Positions 7,959-16,576 of a DNA stretch of 39,701 nt are shown here, piece by piece; within the stretch, counting starts at the first letter, position 1; every line of letters starts with the position of its first letter. The DNA is from Akkermansiaceae bacterium (lineage in GTDB: Bacteria; Verrucomicrobiota; Verrucomicrobiia; Verrucomicrobiales; Akkermansiaceae). The DNA lies in contig JAYULG010000307.1 of the NCBI GenBank assembly GCA_043763755.1, forward strand, positions 1 through 39,701, in the 5' to 3' direction. The notes beneath the pieces were generated by a model. It did no database searches, was not told the DNA's origin, and saw only the letters and a program-made list of their open reading frames with translations. The translations under genes were made by a program, and so were the position numbers.

Positions 7959-9142
7959 GTGATTGAGCGGTGGGCATTAGCGGAAACCAAAGATTTGCTG
8001 GAAAGATTTCCGGCGGTCGTGCTCGTGGGACCGCGCCAAGTCGGCAAAACAACGTTGGCAAAACAACGTTGGCAAAATCCTGTGGGGTAGCTTATGGCGG
8101 ACACTATCTTGATTTGGAGAGCCAACGCGACCAACGCAAGCTTTCGGACCCAGAGGACTACCTTTCCCAGCGTGAGGACAGGCTGGTGATCCTTGATGAG
8201 ATTCAGCAGCTTCCAGAACTATTTACATCCTTGCGCGGACTGATCGACGAAGGACGCGCCAATGGTCGCAAAGCGGGACGATTCCTTCTTCTTGGCTCTG
8301 CTTCTCTTCAGCTCATTCAGCGCAGTAGCGAGACGCTTGCCGGACGTATCGCCTACGTGGAATTAAACCCGTTCGACGCCCTTGAAACCGACCCCATGCC
8401 AGTGCAAAAGCTGTAGCTTCGCGGTGAATTTCCAGACAGTTACTTGAGCGAAAGCGATGCGGCTAGCTCTGAATACCGTGACTTTCTGATCCGCTCCTAT
8501 CTCGAACGCGAGGTGATGCTTTACGGCAGCAGACTTGCGGCAGGAAAAGTCCGCAATTTTTGGACCATGCTGGCTCACGCGCAAGGCGGTGTCGCGAACA
8601 TTGCTGCCCTGTCCCGCAATCTTGAAATCGACGGTCGAACGGTGACTGCTCATCTCGATTTGCTGGAAAACATGCTTTTGCTCCGTAAGCTCCAGCCGTG
8701 GCACACCAACGTCGGCAAGCGCCTCGTCAAATCGCAAAAACTTTATATCAGGGATTCCGGGTTGCTTCACGAACTCCTCGGCATTGGCAATGACGAGATG
8801 CTTCTTGGCCATCCGGTAGTGGGTGGAAGCTGGGAAGGCTTAGTCATTGAAAATCTTCTTTCCTGCGTCCCACCTCGAACACAAGCGTATTTTTACCGCG
8901 CAAACTCTGGGGCTGAGATTGATCTTATCCTTAAGTTCCGCAACGGCGAGAGCTGGGCCATCGAAATTAAACGCGGTCTTTCGCCCGATTTAAGCAGGGG
9001 ATTTTACTCAGCTTTAGACGACGTAAAGCCCACAAAAAGCTTCGTGGTTTACGGCGGAGAGGATAGGTTTAGACTCTGGCCTGATATTGAAGCGATTAGC
9101 CTGTGTTTGTTGCAGACGACGTTGCTTGAGCTCAAACGCTAG
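7959..9142 (+). pseudogene. AAA_14 + DUF4143 ATP-binding protein, disrupted
   Basis: GTG 7959 frame gives Walker A GPRQVGKTT; a 14-bp duplication (8043-8070) shifts the frame; then ILDEIQ, LLGS; an in-frame TAG at 8414-8416 (L*LRGEFP for LWLRGGFP); KLYIRDSGLL, GGSWEG, EIDL..IEIK. Confidence 0.9.
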
Positions 9143-9166
9143 TGCCAGGCTGTTTTGAAATGGTAA

Positions 9167-9901
9167 TTATGCCCCGCGCATCAGGGAGATTTCTGCGAGA
9201 GAAATGAGTTGCTTGTAGAGATCCTCACGCGGGGTGGTTTTTAGGTCTGCCACTTTGACGGCACGCTCTAAGGTGAACTTTCCCGAGCGAGTGCGGCGGA
9301 GGGCGCTGAGGTGTGCGCCGCATCCAAGATTAGCACCGATATCATGGGCGTAGGTGCGGACGTAAAAGCCTTTCGAGCAGTTTACAATGAAGTCGATTTC
9401 CGGGAGGGCGATGCGCGTGACTTCGTTTGATGTGATATGAACTTTGCGTGGCTCACGCACGATTTCGATGCCTTTGCGGGCGAGTTTGTAAAGTGGCACA
9501 CCGTCTTTTTTAATCGCAGATACCATCGGCGGAATTTGCTCAAAGTCCCCCATAAAGCCATCGAAGGTTTTCTGAATTTGCTCTCGGGAATAGTCGCCAA
9601 CAGGCTTCGTTTCTAAGGTGTCACCTTGGCGATCTTGAGTGCTGGTGGTGTAGCCGAGCGTGAGTGTGCCGACGTATTGCTTATCCTCACTCATGAGTAA
9701 ATCTTGGATCTTGGTAGCGCGCCCGATGACTAGCATCAGCAAGCCAGTGGCCATGGGATCGAGGGTGCCGCAGTGGCCGATTTTTTTTGTATTCAGGGCG
9801 CGGCGGGCAATGGCCACCACATCATGCGAGGTCATATCTTCTGCCTTATCGATCAACAAGACGCCACTTGGGCCGTCAAAATCCTTGGATGGTTCTCTCA
9901 T
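9167..9901 (-). CDS. truB: tRNA pseudouridine(55) synthase
   Basis: TSHDVV, GHCGTLDPMATG, QIPPMVSAIK, CSKGFYVRT. Confidence 0.96.
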   Translation of the reverse strand: MREPSKDFDGPSGVLLIDKAEDMTSHDVVAIARRALNTKKIGHCGTLDPMATGLLMLVIGRATKIQDLLMSEDKQYVGTLTLGYTTSTQDRQGDTLETKPVGDYSREQIQKTFDGFMGDFEQIPPMVSAIKKDGVPLYKLARKGIEIVREPRKVHITSNEVTRIALPEIDFIVNCSKGFYVRTYAHDIGANLGCGAHLSALRRTRSGKFTLERAVKVADLKTTPREDLYKQLISLAEISLMRGA

Positions 9902-9919
9902 AAAAATGTTTCTAACAAA

Positions 9920-10921
9920 TCACGCATTGGCCATGCGGCGCTCAATGGCTGCTAACACAGCTTGTTTGGCGCAAGCTAGCGGGCCAGCCATGCGGATGCC
10001 CGCTGCAAGCGCGTGGCCACCGCCGCCGAATTCCATAGCGATCTCGCAAACATTGTAGCGGCGGTCTTTCGAGCGCATGGAAACGCGGATTTTTCCACAA
10101 GCAAGTTCCTCGAAAAAAACGGCCACTTGCACCCCGCGGATGGCGCGGATGATATCGATGAGGCCCTCGCTATCGTCCGGGGTGAGTGCGAGATCAATAC
10201 GCGTTTGATCGTGCATTTCCCAGTGCGCGATGATGCCGTCTGGGCTTCTTTCGAGCGTGTTGAGGAGGACCCGCATGAGCTCCACGCGGCGGTATGGGTG
10301 ATTGTCGTAGGTATTGGAATTAATGGTCCCTACATCAAGGCCACGGCGGATGAGGTCTGCGGCGAGATCATAAGTGGCGGCAGTGGTGGATGGATATTGA
10401 AACGAGCCGGTGTCAGTAGAAACGGCGACGTAAATGGCATCCCTGCTTTCCGGTGGCATCGGCAGCCCGAGGGCGACGATGAGCTGATAAAGGATCTGGC
10501 CAGTGGCGGGACTGGTGGCATCGATCAAATTGAGGTCGCCGTATTTTGGGTTTGAAATGTGGTGATCGATATTGATCCAGATCTTGGCTCGCGATGCGGC
10601 ATGGAGCGCGTTTTCCCCAAGGCGTGGCTTGGTGGCGGTGTCTAGAGCGATGGCTACCTCGCAGGCGAGCGGAACGGGTGGTGGCATCTCAATGCCTGCG
10701 GAACCCGCCATAAAGGCTAGGTTTTCGGGCAATCCATCTTCGTTGATCATCCGCACGCTCTTGCCCGCAGCAATGAGCGCGTAGCCGAGGGCGATCTGTG
10801 AGCCGATGGCATCCCCATCTGGGCGGACGTGGCTGAGCAGCACGAAGGATTGGTGACGCTGGAAAATTTCCCCGATGTCATGGAAACTGACATCGCGTGG
10901 GGTTTGTGTGAGATCGCTCAT
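9920..10921 (-). CDS. nrnA: DHH/DHHA1 phosphoesterase (nanoRNase/pAp phosphatase)
   Basis: HVRPDGDAIGS, NIDHH, DTGSF, GGGGHALAAG. Confidence 0.92.
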   Translation of the reverse strand: MSDLTQTPRDVSFHDIGEIFQRHQSFVLLSHVRPDGDAIGSQIALGYALIAAGKSVRMINEDGLPENLAFMAGSAGIEMPPPVPLACEVAIALDTATKPRLGENALHAASRAKIWINIDHHISNPKYGDLNLIDATSPATGQILYQLIVALGLPMPPESRDAIYVAVSTDTGSFQYPSTTAATYDLAADLIRRGLDVGTINSNTYDNHPYRRVELMRVLLNTLERSPDGIIAHWEMHDQTRIDLALTPDDSEGLIDIIRAIRGVQVAVFFEELACGKIRVSMRSKDRRYNVCEIAMEFGGGGHALAAGIRMAGPLACAKQAVLAAIERRMANA

Positions 10922-11039
10922 GAAAACGGCCCGCAGGGAGCGGGGACGGATTCTTTCTGCGGTGCTGTTTCGCGCAAGGATAAACCTGAAAATTGCTACG
11001 ATTGGCTGGGTGAAATTTGTGGCTTGCTAGCCACTTCAT

Positions 11040-11993
11040 TTAGACGGAGCGCTTGCGTCTAGCAATGAAGCCCAAGCCGGAAATCAGCGCCAGAAGGAAT
11101 GCGGATGGCTCTGGGATGACGAGAGGATTCTCTGGGTTATTTGTGAAAGTATCTACGCCAATGCCGAGGATCTTCGTATCTGCTTCATTGTCATTCTCTA
11201 CGCGCACGCCAAAGACTTGCTTGAGCTGCACATCGGTGCCTTCGAAGAATTTTTTGACTGAAAATACAGTAAGTGCCTGCGCTTGTGCGTGGTTTGTAGA
11301 ATCTTGGGGAGCATACCCCGTCGTCCAATCATGGTCATTGTAGGAGAGACCGTTGTCAGCTTGGCTGCCACCTAGGGCGAGGGTATTTCCGATCGGATTG
11401 CCAGCGATGTCTAGGGCGGTGACCATAAGAGTGCTATTTCCCCAGCGCTCAGAAATCAGCATGTGATCTGCTTCAAGCAGCGCACGTTGGAAGAGTAAAT
11501 CGTAATCAAATCCGCCTGGAGGAGCCGCAGGTGTAAGTATATCGTAAAAACTGTAGTTTCTGATGTCTGTATCTGTGGTGGTTCCGGCGAGGGCAGTGGC
11601 AAATGCTGCGGCGTTGGTGCTGTAAGTCCGAATGCCATTTTTATCGACACCGATTCCCGTTGGGCCAGTTCTACCCAGTGTTTGTGATCCACCCGTGATG
11701 CCAGCAAGCGCAGAATTCACATTCCTGACGAGGGCGCCTTCCGTATTGAAAAATGGCAGAGTCACCTGTGCACCATCTGTGATCGTGACTGAGCGAATAT
11801 ACACTGGAGCATTGCCAATGTTTGTGGGTCCTGCGGTCTCTGCAGTTTGATTGTAAAATCCAGAGGTCTCTTCGTAGAGCACGCTATTGATCTTAAGATT
11901 GTTTACAGTGCTGGTGACATCAAGCACAGCAGCGGGGGCTAGAACTGGCAGTAAGCTCAGAGTTGAAAGAGGGAGGAAGGAAGTAAGTTTCAT
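11040..11993 (-). CDS. PEP-CTERM sorting-domain surface protein
   Basis: Signal peptide MKLTSFLPLSTLSLLPVLAPAA; C-terminus VIPEPSAFLLALISGLGFIARRKR. Confidence 0.92.
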   Translation of the reverse strand: MKLTSFLPLSTLSLLPVLAPAAVLDVTSTVNNLKINSVLYEETSGFYNQTAETAGPTNIGNAPVYIRSVTITDGAQVTLPFFNTEGALVRNVNSALAGITGGSQTLGRTGPTGIGVDKNGIRTYSTNAAAFATALAGTTTDTDIRNYSFYDILTPAAPPGGFDYDLLFQRALLEADHMLISERWGNSTLMVTALDIAGNPIGNTLALGGSQADNGLSYNDHDWTTGYAPQDSTNHAQAQALTVFSVKKFFEGTDVQLKQVFGVRVENDNEADTKILGIGVDTFTNNPENPLVIPEPSAFLLALISGLGFIARRKRSV

Positions 11994-12321
11994 GGGGAAA
12001 ATGCTGGGAGGCAAATACAAGATCGTGGCAAAATTTCGCGGACGTAAAGAAAAAGATTAAATTTCATTCTTTTTCAACTGAATGCCTTGGTATTGCTTAG
12101 TTCATATAGGTCAATCAATTTTCAAATCCGCGAAATGTGACGGCGGATGTCACATATCCGCCGATTTTCACGGGAAATTTCAGGGCAAAGGAGGGCATAT
12201 TATGGGGTGACTTGAAACTACAAAATTTGATGCCACTTCGGCGAGTTGAGAATCTGTGATTGGCGGGATTGTGCAATTGGACTACGCTGCGCACGTGAGA
12301 GACGATTCATGGGTTCCCGAT

Positions 12322-12861
12322 ATGCAAATCCCGCTTCATGGGCAGCTTTTGCTCGCTGATCCCTCACTGCGCGACGGGATTTTCAATCGCTCAGTGGTGC
12401 TTTTGAATGACCATCGATCCGGGGCAGGAGCCTCAGGATTAATTCTAAATCGGCCCACTGGCAAGGTAGTGGGAGATTTCCTAAAGGACGATGAGTTCAA
12501 TGGAATGAAACAGCTAGCCGTTTACGAGGGCGGGCCTGTAGAGCCTGCGCAATTGACGTTTTCGTCGTTCTGGTGGAGCAAAAAACTGGGGCTGCGCTGG
12601 GCCATGAGAATTTCCGCTGAGCAAGTGCTCCAGCATTGTGGCAAGCCCGGCAGGATCGTAAGAGCCTTCATTGGATTTTCGGGCTGGGGTGATGGACAAC
12701 TTGAAGGTGAACTGCGCCGGAACTCATGGATCACTCTCGCTCCGACGCAAGATTTACTGGGGCAAGAACACGACCGCACGCTGTGGGCAAATTTACTCAA
12801 AAACCTTTCACCACTTCACCGAATTTTAGCGGAGGCCCCAGACGATCCGTTTTTAAATTAA
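12322..12861 (+). CDS. YqgE/AlgH family protein
   Basis: GQLLLADPSLRDGIFNRSVV, GLILNRP, GGPV, GFSGW..GQLEGE..NSW; start uncertain (12256/12295/12322). Confidence 0.9.
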   Translation: MQIPLHGQLLLADPSLRDGIFNRSVVLLNDHRSGAGASGLILNRPTGKVVGDFLKDDEFNGMKQLAVYEGGPVEPAQLTFSSFWWSKKLGLRWAMRISAEQVLQHCGKPGRIVRAFIGFSGWGDGQLEGELRRNSWITLAPTQDLLGQEHDRTLWANLLKNLSPLHRILAEAPDDPFLN

Positions 12862-12930
12862 TACTTGAAAGTTGATGATCGTAGGGGGTTGAATCCTCCG
12901 CTTTCACCAGCTCATTTTTACCGATTTTCC

Positions 12931-14136
12931 ATGCTCATTACGCCACTCCTGTTCAGTCCTATTGCTGAGATCATTACTGAGATCGCAGCCGGGCGGCTGG
13001 TGATCGTCGCGGATGATCCTGGCCGTGAAAATGAAGCAGACTTGATTGGCGCAGCTTCGCTATGCACCCCCGCGATGGTCAATTTCATGGCCGTCCATGC
13101 GCGTGGGCTCATTTGTGCGCCACTCACGGCAGAGCGAGCGGAGGAGCTTGATCTTCCCCAAATGGCGAGGCGCAACCGGGAAGGACAAAAAACGGCCTTC
13201 ACTGTCAGCGTGGACGCGGCAGGGGGGATCTCTACTGGCATTTCAGCCGCGGATCGTGCGCATACGATTCAGTTGCTGGCCAATCCACTCATCGGCCACG
13301 AAGCGTTCGTAATGCCGGGTCATGTTTTTCCGCTCCAAGGCCTTCCCGATGGGGTGCTGCGCCGTGCTGGACACACCGAAGCAGCGCTCGATCTTGCAGA
13401 ACTCGCCGGGCTGCCGCGTGCCGGAGTCATTTGCGAAATTATGAATGACGATGGCACCATGGCGCGTGTGGGTGAACTCGGCGAGTATCAGGAGAAACAT
13501 TCACTCAAGGCCTGCACCATAGCTCATCTCATCGAGTATCGCCGCCGCTCCGAAAAGCTCGTGCAGCGAGAGGAAACGATCTTAATGCCAACAGATTATG
13601 GGGATTTCGATTGTCACCTTTACCGAATTTCCACGGATGCGAGTCATCACCTCGCGCTCACTCGTGGCGAGATTCACCCGGAAATTCCCACTCTAGTGCG
13701 AGTTCATTCCGAGTGCTTAACTGGCGATGTCTTCCACTCGCAACGCTGCGATTGTGGTGGGCAGCTTGCAGCGGCGCTGGAGCACATTTCCATTGAAGGT
13801 GGAGTGCTCCTCTATCTTCGGCAAGAAGGCCGCGGAATCGGGCTTTCGGCAAAAATTCACGCATACAAACTCCAAGAACAAGGGCTGGACACCATCGAGG
13901 CCAATGAAAAATTGGGCTATGGATCAGACCTGCGGGACTACGGAATGGGTGCGCAAATCCTTTTTGACTTAGGTGTCCGGCGCATCCGCCTCCTTACAAA
14001 CAATCCCAAAAAAGTCATCGGCCTCGAGGGCTATGGCCTCGAAATCGTCGAGCAGCTTCCGATCTCTCTGCCCTCAAATCCTCATAACGAAAAATACTTA
14101 GAGACCAAGCGCACGCGCATGGGGCACACGCTCTAA
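12931..14136 (+). CDS. ribBA: bifunctional DHBP synthase / GTP cyclohydrolase II
   Basis: DDPGRENEADL, PGHVFPL, RAGHTEA, RVHSECLTGD..RCDCG, QEGRGIGL, LLTNNP. Confidence 0.96.
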   Translation: MLITPLLFSPIAEIITEIAAGRLVIVADDPGRENEADLIGAASLCTPAMVNFMAVHARGLICAPLTAERAEELDLPQMARRNREGQKTAFTVSVDAAGGISTGISAADRAHTIQLLANPLIGHEAFVMPGHVFPLQGLPDGVLRRAGHTEAALDLAELAGLPRAGVICEIMNDDGTMARVGELGEYQEKHSLKACTIAHLIEYRRRSEKLVQREETILMPTDYGDFDCHLYRISTDASHHLALTRGEIHPEIPTLVRVHSECLTGDVFHSQRCDCGGQLAAALEHISIEGGVLLYLRQEGRGIGLSAKIHAYKLQEQGLDTIEANEKLGYGSDLRDYGMGAQILFDLGVRRIRLLTNNPKKVIGLEGYGLEIVEQLPISLPSNPHNEKYLETKRTRMGHTL

Positions 14137-14189
14137 AGTCAAGCAAAGTCTTTATTGCACTTTTCCAAAGCATCCCCAAGACTCGCGCC

Positions 14190-14468
14190 ATGGAATTAGA
14201 TCTTATCGATGTTCAATTCGATCTCAGGAACATCAAGCCTCGTGAACTCGAAGAGGCAATCGAGGATCCATTTTCGGTGCGTTTTCTTCCCGATAATGAG
14301 CGTGTGGACGGCGCATCGCGCTACTACGCCCTTGGGCGCACCGTGGCAGATCGCTACTTGTTTCTTTCATTCGGCACGGATGGCAAGGTCACCCGCGTCG
14401 TTGCTGCCCGCGAGATGGCTGAATCTGAGAAGAAATTCTATGATCGCAAATACGCTGAATTCCGCTAA
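14190..14468 (+). CDS. BrnT-like (DUF497) toxin
   Basis: RYYALGRT..RYLFLSF...RVVAAREM..SEKKFY matches the BrnT C-terminal pattern. Confidence 0.75.
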   Translation: MELDLIDVQFDLRNIKPRELEEAIEDPFSVRFLPDNERVDGASRYYALGRTVADRYLFLSFGTDGKVTRVVAAREMAESEKKFYDRKYAEFR

Positions 14469-14491
14469 ACCCTCGTCCCTTTCCTTTCACT

Positions 14492-14764
14492 ATGCACATC
14501 GTTACCCGCTGGTCTGAGATTCCTGAATTTTCCGATGAGGCTGCCGAAGCTGCGTTTTGGGAAAATCATGAGCTGGATGGCCGCCTCATGGCCACATCCG
14601 TGCATGAAGCGGATTCTCGTGAATCCACCACCATCACTCTTCGCTTTGATCCTCGCATGCTTTCACGCATTAAACGCATCGCTCGTGGCCGCTTTCTCAA
14701 CTATCAATCCATGATGAAGCAATGGCTGGCCGAGCGACTCGAAGATGAAATGCGCAAGCTCTGA
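14492..14764 (+). CDS. CopG/BrnA-like RHH antitoxin
   Basis: IPEFSDEAAEAAFWENH, ITLR...IKRIA...YQSMMKQWLAERL. Confidence 0.8.
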   Translation: MHIVTRWSEIPEFSDEAAEAAFWENHELDGRLMATSVHEADSRESTTITLRFDPRMLSRIKRIARGRFLNYQSMMKQWLAERLEDEMRKL

Positions 14765-14772
14765 GTAAAACG

Positions 14773-15168
14773 ATGTGGGTTCCGCGGCAGCCTCGTTTTT
14801 GGCTTCTTGGATTCACCACATGGTTCGTGGTGCTATGGATTCTTTCGTCAGGCGCGCAACCTGAGGGCATCATGCCAACGTTTCCATTCGGAGATAAGGT
14901 CGCGCACTTCGGCTACTTTTTCGGAGGCTCTGGCCTGCTTACGGCCTATTTTTTCACGCGGCGGCTAGGCGAACCTTGCTGGAAAATCATCTCTCTCAGT
15001 GTGATTCTCACCCTCGGATTGATCGGGCTGTTAGATGAGTTTCACCAAAGCTTCGTCTCTGGGCGCAGCGGCAATGATCCGTTCGATTGGTTCGCAGATG
15101 TCCTTGGCGCCGCAGCCGGAGTGTGGGTTTTTAAATTCACTCATACTCGGTTCAACTGGAAATCATAG
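14773..15168 (+). CDS. VanZ family membrane protein
   Basis: DKVAHF, DEFHQSFVSGRSG..D.FAD.LG. Confidence 0.88.
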   Translation: MWVPRQPRFWLLGFTTWFVVLWILSSGAQPEGIMPTFPFGDKVAHFGYFFGGSGLLTAYFFTRRLGEPCWKIISLSVILTLGLIGLLDEFHQSFVSGRSGNDPFDWFADVLGAAAGVWVFKFTHTRFNWKS

Positions 15169-15226
15169 ATTGGAGGCCCTAAATCCGCTTTTCATTCAGC
15201 GGCATAGCCCTTAATACATCCACATC

Positions 15227-16189
15227 ATGAGTATGAACCAACTCGATCAACTGAAGCAATTCACCACCGTCGTCGCCGATACCGGAGACTTCGAGTCGAT
15301 GAAAATCTACAAACCCCAAGATGCGACGACGAATCCATCGCTCATCCTACAAGCTGCGGCTAAGCCCGAGTATAAGCATCTTGTCGAGCAAGCAGTGGCC
15401 GAAATTAAGGCCAGTGGCCTCACTGGTCCCGCGCTGCTTGAAGCTGTTCTTGACCGCATCCTGATTCTTTTTGGATTGGAGATTCTAAAGATCGTTCCAG
15501 GTCGTGTTTCTACCGAAGTAGATGCGCGCCTGTCTTTCGATAGTGTTGCTACCATTGCAAAGGCCCACCAACTCATCACGGCCTACGAAAAAGAAGGTCA
15601 CTCTCGTGACCGCATTCTCATAAAAATCGCCTCCACTTGGGAAGGCATCAAAGCGGCGGAAGCACTGGAAAAGGAAGGAATTCATTGCAATTTAACGCTG
15701 CTCTTTTCTTTCGCTCAAGCCGTGGCTTGTGCTGAGGCTGGTGTGCAGCTCATCTCGCCTTTTGTAGGGCGCATTCTCGATTGGCACAAAGCCGCCACGG
15801 GCAAAGATTTCCAAGGCGATGAAGACCCTGGTGTCATTTCCGTCCGCGCAATCTATAACTACTATAAAAAATTCGGTTATAAAACTGAAGTGATGGGTGC
15901 CTCGTTCCGGAACAAAGGAGAAATCCTCGCGCTCGCCGGATGTGATCTTCTCACCATCAGCCCCAGCCTATTGGCGGAGCTTCAAAGCTCTGATGAACCC
16001 ATCACAGCTCGCCTAACCGTATCTGAGGCTGTAGCGAGCAGTTCTGAAAAAATCACTCTCAACGAAAGTTCTTTCCGCTTTGCTCTCAATGAGGATGCCA
16101 TGGCTACTGAAAAAACTGCCCATGGGATCCGTGCGTTTTCCGCAGATATCGTGAAACTGGAAAAACTCATCGAGGGTATGATTGCATAA
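15227..16189 (+). CDS. tal: transaldolase
   Basis: [48 protein letters not shown]. Confidence 0.97.
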   Translation: MSMNQLDQLKQFTTVVADTGDFESMKIYKPQDATTNPSLILQAAAKPEYKHLVEQAVAEIKASGLTGPALLEAVLDRILILFGLEILKIVPGRVSTEVDARLSFDSVATIAKAHQLITAYEKEGHSRDRILIKIASTWEGIKAAEALEKEGIHCNLTLLFSFAQAVACAEAGVQLISPFVGRILDWHKAATGKDFQGDEDPGVISVRAIYNYYKKFGYKTEVMGASFRNKGEILALAGCDLLTISPSLLAELQSSDEPITARLTVSEAVASSSEKITLNESSFRFALNEDAMATEKTAHGIRAFSADIVKLEKLIEGMIA

Positions 16190-16297
16190 TTTTCGTGAGA
16201 TCATTTTATCTGACTCAATGCGGACATTGTTCGATTTAAAAAATTCAATTGACGAGTCTCGGGTATACCTATAGCTATCGCGCCCACCCGTAAAAAT

Positions 16298-16447
16298 ATG
16301 CATCCTCATTTCCACACTATCATTTCCCAAGCTACCCGGTGGCCTTCCCGGGTATGTATGGCTGGATCCGGGAGTGATGAGTTTACAATGACAGAACATC
16401 AACAGTTTACTGTCAGAATGTCATTCAATCGGGAGGCAAGCAGGTAG
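16298..16447 (+). CDS. putative leader peptide (49 aa) of the rtcB operon
   Basis: ATG 16298 after A-rich TAAAAAT is open to TAG 16445-16447: MHPHFHTIISQATRWPSRVCMAGSGSDEFTMTEHQQFTVRMSFNREASR; the last codons overlap the antiterminator strand. Confidence 0.55.
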   Translation: MHPHFHTIISQATRWPSRVCMAGSGSDEFTMTEHQQFTVRMSFNREASR

Positions 16448-16498
16448 GAAAGATCTCAACAAGATCATCGGAATTTTTCGATAACCCTGCCCGCTTCC
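16432..16498 (+). promoter_or_regulatory. putative antiterminator (three-way junction)
   Basis: GGAGGC-AA-GCAGG (16432-16444) pairs with CCTGC-CC-GCTTCC (16486-16498), enclosing hairpins GATCT/AGATC and ATCGGA/TTCGAT. Confidence 0.6.
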
Positions 16499-16519
16499 AC
16501 AGTCGGCAGGTTTTTTTTT
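16486..16519 (+). terminator. intrinsic terminator/attenuator upstream of rtcB
   Basis: CCTGCC.GCT-TCCAC-AGT.GGCAGG followed by T9, 57 nt before the rtcB ATG. Confidence 0.8.
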
Positions 16520-16576
16520 GTTATAAATAAAATCACCCACTCATCTATTCCCTATCTCTCTTTTTAAAAATTACTT

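Noticed and set aside
8043-8077. Phase-variation switch
   Set aside because: Only two copies, and the downstream stop would still inactivate the gene after reversion.
8414-8416. Programmed amber read-through using the adjacent tRNA-Tyr
   Set aside because: The anticodon is GTA, not CTA, and the gene also carries a frameshift; decay is the simpler explanation.
9143-9166. attR duplicate of the tRNA-Tyr 3' end
   Set aside because: No direct repeat; only a 7-nt inverted match (AAATGGT), expected by chance.
12862-12930. FMN riboswitch before ribBA
   Set aside because: The gap is too short and lacks the RFN consensus (AGGGCGGGGTGAAATTCCC).
16013-16402. 129-aa minus-strand ORF
   Set aside because: Overlaps tal antisense, uses a non-ATG start and has no recognisable motifs.
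16190-16576. tRNA/Y-RNA gene or sigma54-RtcR promoter before rtcB
   Set aside because: No cloverleaf or intact T-arm, no TGGCAC-N5-TTGC, and no rtcR, rtcA or TROVE gene in the window.
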